Virus record (IMG/VR): IMGVR_UViG_2700989476_000014
Strand: one strand, 5' to 3'
Source of the DNA: a virus
Taxonomy: Duplodnaviria; Heunggongvirae; Uroviricota; Caudoviricetes
Length of the DNA stretch: 19,502 nt
The translations under genes were made by a program, and so were the position numbers. Position 1 is the first letter of the stretch. Every line of letters starts with the position of its first letter. Under the pieces are notes generated by a model. That model was not told the DNA's origin. It was given only the letters and a program-made list of their open reading frames with translations, and did not search any database. Shown here piece after piece: positions 13,475-19,502 of this stretch.

Positions 13475-14299
13475 ATGTCTCAGAACTTAGACGCAACCGC
13501 AATTAATCAAATCCATGCCCTTATTTCTGCTCAGGGTGTTAATGAAATTATCAGTAAGATTGGTGCCGATGCTGTGGCATTGCCTGAGAATTTCCGCATT
13601 CATGATCTGGAAAAATTTAATTTAAATCGCTTCCGTTTCCGTGGTGCGCTTTCCACTGCCAGCATCGATGACTTTACCCGTTATTCTAAAGATCTTGCAG
13701 ATGAAGGCACCCGCTGCTTTATCGATGCCGATAATATGCGTGCCGTCAGTGTGCTTAACCTGGGTACTATTGGTGAACCAGGTCACGCAGATAACACCGC
13801 CACACTCAAACTGAAAAAGACAGCACCGTTCTCTGCTCTGTTGTCTGTTAACGGCGAGCGTAACTCCCAGAAGTCACTGGCAGAATGGATTGAAGACTGG
13901 GCCGACTATCTTGTGGGCTTTGATGCTAATGGTGACGCTATTAAGGCAACAAAAGCGGCTGCGGCAGTCCGTAAAATCACGATTGAAGCAAACCAGACCG
14001 CTGATTTTGAAGATAATGACTTCAGCGGCAAACGCTCTTTGATGGAGTCTGTCGAAGCGAAAACCAAAGACATTATGCCAGTAGCATTTGAGTTTAAATG
14101 CGTTCCGTTTGAAGGCCTGAAAGAACGTCCGTTTAAATTACGCCTCAGCATTATCACTGGTGATCGCCCTGTACTGGTTCTGCGCATTATTCAGCTGGAA
14201 GCGGTGCAGGAAGATATGGCTAACGAATTTCGTGATCTGCTTGTTGAGAAATTCAAAGACAGCAAAGTAGAAACCTTTATTGGTACTTTCACCGCCTGA
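13475..14299 (+). CDS. yfdQ: YfdQ-like protein (DUF2303 family)
   Basis: 274-aa ORF with an SD (GTGAGGA) upstream; length and gene context (followed by HD-domain and DUF551 genes) match yfdQ of the CPS-53/KplE1 prophage as I recall it. Confidence 0.7.
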   Translation: MSQNLDATAINQIHALISAQGVNEIISKIGADAVALPENFRIHDLEKFNLNRFRFRGALSTASIDDFTRYSKDLADEGTRCFIDADNMRAVSVLNLGTIGEPGHADNTATLKLKKTAPFSALLSVNGERNSQKSLAEWIEDWADYLVGFDANGDAIKATKAAAAVRKITIEANQTADFEDNDFSGKRSLMESVEAKTKDIMPVAFEFKCVPFEGLKERPFKLRLSIITGDRPVLVLRIIQLEAVQEDMANEFRDLLVEKFKDSKVETFIGTFTA

Positions 14300-14312
14300 T
14301 TTCATTACTGCA

Positions 14313-14335
14313 AATGCCCCTGCGGGGGCATTTAT
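14313..14335. terminator. Hairpin/terminator-like element between the yfdQ-like and yfdR-like genes
   Basis: AAATGCCCC-TGC-GGGGGCATTT near-perfect hairpin, A-run 5' and T-run 3'; the U-tract is short, so it may be a weak terminator or a processing/stability element. Confidence 0.35.
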
Positions 14336-14426
14336 GGAAACGTAATTAACTCAATAATCACCGGATGGTGAGGGCTTCCTTTTACCCAAATTCAGCGCGG
14401 TGCAGCGCATATACGTGGAGAACAAA

Positions 14427-14963
14427 ATGTCATTTATTAAAACTTTTTCCGGGAAGCATTTTTATTATGACAAGATAAATAAAGATGACATCGTTATTAA
14501 CGATATCGCGGTTTCCCTTTCAAATATCTGTCGCTTTGCCGGTCATCTTTCTCACTTCTACAGCGTCGCCCAACATGCGGTGCTTTGCAGCCAGCTGGTG
14601 CCGCAGGAATTTGCTTTTGAAGCGTTAATGCATGATGCAACAGAAGCGTATTGCCAGGACATCCCAGCTCCACTGAAACGCCTTCTTCCTGACTATAAAC
14701 GGATGGAAGAAAAAATAGACGCCGTAATCCGTGAGAAATACGGGTTACCTCCTGTTATGAGCACGCCAGTGAAATATGCCGATCTCATTATGCTGGCAAC
14801 CGAACGTCGCGATCTCGGGCTTGATGATGGCTCTTTCTGGCCTGTACTGGAAGGTATCCCGGCGACAGAGATGTTCAAAGTTATTCCACTGTCACCAGGC
14901 CATGCCTACGGGATGTTTATGGAACGTTTTAACGAGTTATCGGAGTTACGCAAATGCGCATGA
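14427..14963 (+). CDS. yfdR: HD-domain phosphohydrolase, YfdR-like (5'-deoxynucleotidase family)
   Basis: Track ORF starts at an alternative codon at 14400; the ATG at 14427 (MSFIKTFSGKHFYYDKINKDD...) gives 178 aa. ...HLSHFYSVAQHAVLCSQL...EALMHDATEAYCQDIP... carries the H...HD metal-binding residues of YfbR/YfdR-type HD-domain enzymes. Confidence 0.8.
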   Translation: MSFIKTFSGKHFYYDKINKDDIVINDIAVSLSNICRFAGHLSHFYSVAQHAVLCSQLVPQEFAFEALMHDATEAYCQDIPAPLKRLLPDYKRMEEKIDAVIREKYGLPPVMSTPVKYADLIMLATERRDLGLDDGSFWPVLEGIPATEMFKVIPLSPGHAYGMFMERFNELSELRKCA

Positions 14964-15316
14964 ATGTTTTCGAAATGGAAGGGTTTCTTCGCGGGAAATG
15001 TGTACCACGAGATCTGAAAGTGAATGAAACAAATGCTGAGTACCTGGTACGTAAATTCGATGCGCTTGAAGCTAAATGTGCGGCACTGGAAAACAAAATA
15101 ATACCAGTGTCAGCTGAACTGCCGCCAGCAAATGAAAGTGTTCTGTTATTTGATGCTAACGGAGAAGGCTGGCTAATTGGCTGGCGTTCTCTCTGGTACA
15201 CCTGGGGACAAAAAGAAACCGGAGAATGGCTGTGGACATTTCAGGTCGGGGACCTTGAAAACGTCAATATCACTCACTGGGCAGTAATGCCGAAAGCACC
15301 GAAGAATAAAAAATGA
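14954..15316 (+). CDS. yfdS: DUF551-type protein, YfdS-like
   Basis: 120 aa; C-terminal ...NVNITHWAVMPKAPK... resembles the DUF551 signature; overlaps the yfdR-like stop. Confidence 0.65.
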   Translation: MRMNVFEMEGFLRGKCVPRDLKVNETNAEYLVRKFDALEAKCAALENKIIPVSAELPPANESVLLFDANGEGWLIGWRSLWYTWGQKETGEWLWTFQVGDLENVNITHWAVMPKAPKNKK

Positions 15317-15516
15317 GCGTGATAAAAACTCATACAGGAATTGTTATCACCCGAGACGGTCCGCAGGTAAAAAAACTGCACCAGACAAAGCGGATGTGGG
15401 TCGTCGGAAAAAACGAGTTTTACCACAAAGAAACCGGACGCCGCCACTTTGCAGAAAATACTCGCCGCCGACTGCTGATCGATACCATCAAGCCTATCGA
15501 GGTGAAGCATGTTTAA
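15313..15516 (+). CDS. Hypothetical small protein (67 aa)
   Basis: ORF translationally coupled (ATGA overlap at 15313-15316) to the preceding gene; basic. Confidence 0.5.
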   Translation: MSVIKTHTGIVITRDGPQVKKLHQTKRMWVVGKNEFYHKETGRRHFAENTRRRLLIDTIKPIEVKHV

Positions 15517-15748
15517 ACAGAACGAAAAATCTATCGCTCAAATTGCTGAGTATATCCCGCGTGCGTGCCGGGATATGCAGTTGCAGGAAGCCAAAGCACG
15601 CCTGGAGAAAAAAATTGCGCTCTATATCGATGACGGCTGTGATGCCGTCGTTCTTAACGCGGCGTTCGCGCCAGCTCTTAACAGTCATACGCGAAAGTCT
15701 TTTTTTTCGTGCATCGCAGCGCAGATCCGTAAAGGAGGCAACCAGTGA
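15509..15748 (+). CDS. Hypothetical small protein (79 aa)
   Basis: ORF overlapping both neighbours by 8 nt and 4 nt, in an operon-like arrangement. Confidence 0.45.
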   Translation: MFKQNEKSIAQIAEYIPRACRDMQLQEAKARLEKKIALYIDDGCDAVVLNAAFAPALNSHTRKSFFSCIAAQIRKGGNQ

Positions 15749-16293
15749 GCAACATTAACTATCAGGTACTGCGTGAAAAGGCAGAGAAAGCAACTAAAGG
15801 AAGCTACATCGTAGGGCATACATCTGTTAACCAACACGGCAATTTAACAGGAGTTTTTGTTTGTCAAAAATGGAAAGGAGAACCCGGTGGCGTGATTGCG
15901 GAATGTCATGTTAACTGCCTGATTGAATCAGATGCTCAGGCTTATGCAAACGCTGAATTCATAGCAGAGGCTAACCCGGCTACCGTGCTGGCACTGCTGG
16001 ATGAACGGGAAAGAAACCAGCAATACATCAAACGCCGTGACCAGGAGAACGAGGATATTGCGCTAACGGTAGGGAAGCTGCGTGTTGAGCTTGAAGCAGA
16101 AAAACAGCGGGCAAAAGTTCTATTTATGGAAAATGCTCGGCTTAAGTCAGGCATAGCCGGTCTGATACACCTCGGTATTCGATATGCAGATGTTGAGGTC
16201 ATGAAAATTGCTGGAGATGCCCAGCTTTCTACCCCATGCACTGACAGCATCATAAACAGCATTGCAACAGGCATTCGCATCAAAGGAGAGTGA
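15745..16293 (+). CDS. Ead/Ea22-like protein
   Basis: 182 aa beginning MSNINYQVLREKAEKATKGSY..., with a coiled-coil-like middle (…ALTVGKLRVELEAEKQRAKVLFMENARLK…); an N-terminus of this type is characteristic of Ea22-like proteins of lambdoid early-left regions. Start is a GTG with SD AGGAGG 6 nt upstream. Confidence 0.65.
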   Translation: MSNINYQVLREKAEKATKGSYIVGHTSVNQHGNLTGVFVCQKWKGEPGGVIAECHVNCLIESDAQAYANAEFIAEANPATVLALLDERERNQQYIKRRDQENEDIALTVGKLRVELEAEKQRAKVLFMENARLKSGIAGLIHLGIRYADVEVMKIAGDAQLSTPCTDSIINSIATGIRIKGE

Positions 16294-16294
16294 T

Positions 16295-16810
16295 ATGGCG
16301 TTAACACACCACGAACTCTGTCAGATTGCGTACAAGTTCCTTAAGCGCAACGGGTTCAAGGTTTGCTTTCATGACCGCTTTGTTGCTGTAACCAGTACCG
16401 GAGAACAGCCAGATGCTATGGGATTCAGAAATTCAGCATCATGCCTGATAGAGGCGAAGTGTTCTCGTGCTGACTTGTTGGCAGATAGAAAAAAGCGTTT
16501 CCGTAAAAATCCCTCACTTGGCATGGGCGACTGGCGATTCTTTATTAGTGAGCCGGAAATTATTTCAGTTGAGGATTTACCTCCCGGCTGGGGATTACTT
16601 CACGTTGTTAACGGAAGAGTACGGAAAGTACATGGATGGCCCAGGGGTAATTGCTGTTGGGGTAATCCTGACGATAAGCCATTTACTGGGAATAAGCAGG
16701 TTGAATGCGATTACATGTTATCTGCATTAAGGCGCATGGAGTTGAGAGGGCACCTTAATGAAATATATGACGGTGTGATTGTTAATAAGAAAGAAGGAAA
16801 CGCGGCATGA
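16295..16810 (+). CDS. Hypothetical protein with PD-(D/E)XK-like nuclease signature (MmcB-like?)
   Basis: Track ORF 16262..16810; I prefer ATG 16295 (MALTHHELCQIAYKFLKRNGF...) with SD AGGAGAG upstream. ...DAMGF...CLIEAKC... fits a D...(E)xK arrangement. Fold assignment is tentative. Confidence 0.55.
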   Translation: MALTHHELCQIAYKFLKRNGFKVCFHDRFVAVTSTGEQPDAMGFRNSASCLIEAKCSRADLLADRKKRFRKNPSLGMGDWRFFISEPEIISVEDLPPGWGLLHVVNGRVRKVHGWPRGNCCWGNPDDKPFTGNKQVECDYMLSALRRMELRGHLNEIYDGVIVNKKEGNAA

Positions 16811-17304
16811 TCACTATTACCAAAGGGCGACTGCTGACAATCAAGCAGTGGCGCGAAACATACGGACCGGGTAGCAACGTTGTACTGCCAGCAGAAGAAG
16901 CGGAAGAACTGGCACGAATTGCACTGATATCGCTGGAAGCAGAGCCGGTGGCAAAGATTATAGCTCATTACCCATTAGGAGTTGACGTAGGCAAACAAAA
17001 GTTCGTGCAGGCCATTGGAGAGCTTCCTGACTTTGGCGGATATCTATTTGCCGCCCCGCCAGCGCCGGTAGTGCCGGAAGAAGCAACTCCGGAAAACGTA
17101 GAAATGCTCTCTGGCTATGTTTCCACGTACAAATTAACCGATAGCGAGCGCGATATTGCTGCCGAAATATGGAACGCCTGCCGCACAGCCATGCTTCAGT
17201 CCGGAAACTTTCGGGAAAGCAAGAATTCGTCAACCAATAATTTTCGGGAAATCCCGGAAGCGTCAACCAGCTCTCCGGTAACTCCGGCTCTTCAAGGTTT
17301 GTAA
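16807..17304 (+). CDS. Hypothetical protein (165 aa) with repetitive C-terminus
   Basis: ORF with ATGA overlap to the upstream gene. The C-terminal ...NFRESKNSSTNNFREIPEASTSSPVTPALQGL is encoded by ~33-bp DNA repeats. Confidence 0.55.
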   Translation: MITITKGRLLTIKQWRETYGPGSNVVLPAEEAEELARIALISLEAEPVAKIIAHYPLGVDVGKQKFVQAIGELPDFGGYLFAAPPAPVVPEEATPENVEMLSGYVSTYKLTDSERDIAAEIWNACRTAMLQSGNFRESKNSSTNNFREIPEASTSSPVTPALQGL

Positions 17305-17355
17305 AAGCATCACTGGAGCAGAATGCACTATCGGGCAACTCTCCGGTAACTCCGG
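17201..17355. repeat. Short direct-repeat cluster (~33-34-bp period) spanning the 3' end of ORF 16807..17304 and the downstream intergenic region
   Basis: TTTCGGGAAA at 17209 and 17242; CGTCAACCA at 17228 and 17261; CTCTCCGGTAACTCCGG at 17271-17287 and 17339-17355. Confidence 0.5.
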
Positions 17356-17410
17356 ATGGTTGGATAACCTGTAGTGAGCGAATGCCGGACGACAGGCAGG
17401 AGGTGAATCA

Positions 17411-17494
17411 ATGAGCTGGCCTGATGCAATCGTAACTCTGGGGGTGGTATTCGCAGCAGCGTTTGTTGTGTTCTCGATTTGTCGATGGGGATAA
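17411..17494 (+). CDS. Candidate small hydrophobic peptide (27 aa, single predicted TM segment)
   Basis: Not in the ORF track (too short). ATG 17411 is preceded by a strong SD AGGAGGTG; it encodes MSWPDAIVTLGVVFAAAFVVFSICRWG and ends 5 nt before the next gene's ATG. Confidence 0.35.
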   Translation: MSWPDAIVTLGVVFAAAFVVFSICRWG

Positions 17495-17498
17495 CCAC

Positions 17499-17741
17499 AT
17501 GTTCGCTTTGATTCAACGCGGTCAGATATACACGGACAGAGCCGGATACCCCGTGGTGATTACTCGCATCACTGAGCACTCAGTGTTCTTTCGACGGATG
17601 GACGGACGATCCGGGCGGGTACGCATTGGTGAGTTAAACTGCCTGTTCGAACATATTGACCACCAGGAGTACCGCAAAATTCTCGCGGACACTGAGCAGG
17701 AAAAGCACCTGAAAAAATTACGAGCCATAAAAAGGAAGTAA
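17499..17741 (+). CDS. Small prophage protein (80 aa; DUF4222-like)
   Basis: Track ORF 17463..17741; I prefer ATG 17499 (MFALIQRGQIYTDRAGYPVVITRITEHSVFF...). Small proteins of this kind commonly sit upstream of xis/int in enterobacterial prophages. Confidence 0.55.
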   Translation: MFALIQRGQIYTDRAGYPVVITRITEHSVFFRRMDGRSGRVRIGELNCLFEHIDHQEYRKILADTEQEKHLKKLRAIKRK

Positions 17742-17745
17742 AGAA

Positions 17746-17892
17746 TGAATAAAGCATTTGAACGATGGGTCCACCAGCGTTACGGCAATCGCTATGACCT
17801 GACGCGAGATGTTGACGGCTTCTACTGTCGTGAAGTTGTGAAGCGAATGTTTGAAGTGTGTTGCCACTGCCGTGGGCTGAGTGTTGTGTGAG
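17746..17892 (+). CDS. Candidate small Cys-rich protein (48 aa)
   Basis: Not in the ORF track. ATG 17746 with SD AAGGAAG upstream; encodes MNKAFERWVHQRYGNRYDLTRDVDGFYCREVVKRMFEVCCHCRGLSVV; ends 8 nt before xis. Confidence 0.35.
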
Positions 17893-17899
17893 GTAATAC

Positions 17900-18136
17900 A
17901 TGGGCAATGTGATTCAACTGGCTCCCAATGAATGGGTTTGTGAAAGCGTTCTTATCGCAATTACCGGGCTCAAACCAGGCACAATTCTTCGGGCCCGGAA
18001 AGAATGCTGGATGGTTGGAAGAGAGTATATTCACGTATCACCAGACGGTAATCCAAAGCCTTCCAGTGAATGTATGTATAACAGAAAAGCAATAGATGCC
18101 TGGGTCGCCTCAATGAAAAACAAACAACCCAGGTGA
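17900..18136 (+). CDS. xis: Excisionase (Xis-type recombination directionality factor)
   Basis: 78-aa ORF directly upstream of int; ...ITGLKPGTILRARKECWMVGREYIHVSPDGNPKPSSECMYNRKAIDAWV... resembles HTH excisionases; SD GAGGT upstream. Confidence 0.65.
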   Translation: MGNVIQLAPNEWVCESVLIAITGLKPGTILRARKECWMVGREYIHVSPDGNPKPSSECMYNRKAIDAWVASMKNKQPR

Positions 18137-18191
18137 TTTAATATCATGAAATATGTAAGCTCGTATCGCTCTTGGGCGTCTGGAGGTATCG

Positions 18192-19502
18192 ATGGATAAA
18201 GTCAAATATCCAACAGGCGTCGAAAACCACGGCGGCACATTACGCATCTGGTTTAATTTTAAAGGTAAACGTGTCAGGGAAAATCTTGGTGTCCCTGACA
18301 CTGCCAAGAACAGGAAGATCGCCGGGGAACTGCGGACATCAGTATGTTTTGCCATCCGCACAGGAAGCTTTGATTATGCTGCACAGTTCCCTGACTCCCC
18401 CAACCTTCAGGCTTTTGGGGTAAGTAAAAAAGAAATTACGGTGAAGGAACTTGAAGAAAAGTGGCTGGATCTGAAACGAATGGAAATCTCTGCAAATGCA
18501 TTCAATCGCTATGAATCCGTTGCAAGAACGATGGTTCCGAAAATTGGAGGCAGTAGACTGGTGTCATCGGTAACCAAAGAGGAATTGCTGTATATCAGGA
18601 AAGATTTGCTGACCGGGTATCAGAATTCAATGAAAAACAAAGCAGCAAAAGGACGGAGCGTTGTTACTGTAAATTATTACATGACGACAATCGCTGGAAT
18701 GTTTCAGTTTGCTGCAGATCACGGTTACTTAGAAGCAAATCCCTTCCAAGGAATTAAGCCTCTTAAAAGAGCCAGGGCAGAGCCAGATCCGCTAACTCGT
18801 GACGAATTTATTCGCCTGATAGATGCTTGCCGACATCAGCAGACGAAAAACCTGTGGTCATTGGCTGTGTACACAGGAATGCGTCACGGTGAACTGGTCT
18901 CCCTGGCCTGGGAAGATATCGATCTGAAGGCAGGAACAATTACCATCAGGCGCAATTATACGAAACTTGGTGAGTTCACTCTACCGAAAACTGAAGCAAG
19001 CACAAACAGGGTTGTGCACCTTATCCAGCCCGCTATCAGTGTCCTGAAAAATCAGGCTGAAATGACAAGACTGGGTAAGCAGTACAACATCAAGGTGCAA
19101 CTACGTGAATATGGACGTTCAGTGAACCATGAATGTACTTTCGTGTTTAACCCTCAAGTGGTTAGAAAAAGCGAACAGGTAGGTTTTGTCTACAAAGTCG
19201 ATTCTGTAGGTGACTCATGGGAAACAGCCATTAAGCGTGCAGGGATCAGGCATCGAAAGGCATACCAGTCACGACACACTTATGCGTGCTGGTCATTATC
19301 TGCCGGAGCAAACCCAAGCTTCATTGCCAGCCAGATGGGCCATGCAAGTGCCCAGATGGTATTCAATGTATACGGAGCATGGATGACTGACAGCAATGCA
19401 GAACAGATCGCAATGCTGAATCAGAAGCTGACAGATTATGTCCCAATGATGCCCCATAGTCACCAAAGTGACACCAGAGGCTTATTAAAATCAGTAAGTT
19501 AA
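18192..19502 (+). CDS. int: Tyrosine site-specific integrase (phage integrase family)
   Basis: 436 aa; SD GGAGGT upstream; catalytic-domain pattern ...AVYTGMRHGELVSLAWEDID... (Arg), ...YQSRHTYACW... (His/Arg box) and ...VFNVYGAWM (Tyr-containing C-terminal box). The stop codon TAA is the last 3 nt of the window. Confidence 0.9.
   Translation: MDKVKYPTGVENHGGTLRIWFNFKGKRVRENLGVPDTAKNRKIAGELRTSVCFAIRTGSFDYAAQFPDSPNLQAFGVSKKEITVKELEEKWLDLKRMEISANAFNRYESVARTMVPKIGGSRLVSSVTKEELLYIRKDLLTGYQNSMKNKAAKGRSVVTVNYYMTTIAGMFQFAADHGYLEANPFQGIKPLKRARAEPDPLTRDEFIRLIDACRHQQTKNLWSLAVYTGMRHGELVSLAWEDIDLKAGTITIRRNYTKLGEFTLPKTEASTNRVVHLIQPAISVLKNQAEMTRLGKQYNIKVQLREYGRSVNHECTFVFNPQVVRKSEQVGFVYKVDSVGDSWETAIKRAGIRHRKAYQSRHTYACWSLSAGANPSFIASQMGHASAQMVFNVYGAWMTDSNAEQIAMLNQKLTDYVPMMPHSHQSDTRGLLKSVS

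Noticed and set aside
14929-16307. Minus-strand ORFs 14929..15201, 15274..15510, 15494..15688, 15942..16307 and plus ORF 15396..15758
   Set aside because: Antisense or off-frame relative to a tightly packed plus-strand operon with coupled starts.
16467-17907. ORFs 16467..16730(+), 16711..16968(-), 16958..17338(-), 17328..17579(-), 17522..17728(-), 17569..17907(-), 17822..18034(-)
   Set aside because: Overlap better-supported plus-strand genes; no RBS; composition not protein-like.
1-19502. Insertion sequences/transposases or an att site within the window
   Set aside because: No transposase-like ORF or terminal inverted repeats seen; the integrase stop is the last codon of the window, so the att core should lie beyond the right edge.

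Overview
The window is the regulatory/early half of a lambdoid prophage from an enterobacterium (E. coli-like). Its gene content resembles the CPS-53/KplE1 'yfd' gene set on the early-left side and an Stx-phage-like late backbone (Q, ileZ-argN-argO tRNAs, nanS-p-like esterase) on the other side, but no stx genes are present. Minus strand, from the immunity region leftwards: cro-like, cII-position regulator, Rha, a 74-aa ORF, O-like replication initiator with in-gene iterons, a 164-aa protein, Dam-like methylase, LexA-like DNA-binding protein, RusA, KilA-N protein, DUF968/HNH-like protein and antiterminator Q, mostly linked by ATGA stop/start overlaps. Downstream of Q in the late direction: a small ORF, a second DNA methyltransferase, three phage tRNAs, a terminator-rich ~490-bp non-coding gap and the start of a NanS-p-like esterase cut by the left edge. 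Plus strand, from the immunity region rightwards: CI repressor, candidate OL operators and a structured leader, YfdP/Q/R/S-like early-left genes, an Ea22-like protein, small ORFs, excisionase and a tyrosine integrase whose stop codon is the last three bases of the window, so the att site lies beyond it. The most notable feature is a strongly AT-rich, opposite-strand two-gene cassette (2899-4360) wedged between Q and the late region: a 308-aa soluble protein with no motifs I recognise plus a 182-aa multi-pass membrane protein, with its own candidate promoter and flanking terminators. I propose it as a candidate, possibly undescribed, phage-exclusion/abortive-infection module. All calls come from reading the sequence and the ORF track; no searches or computations were run.
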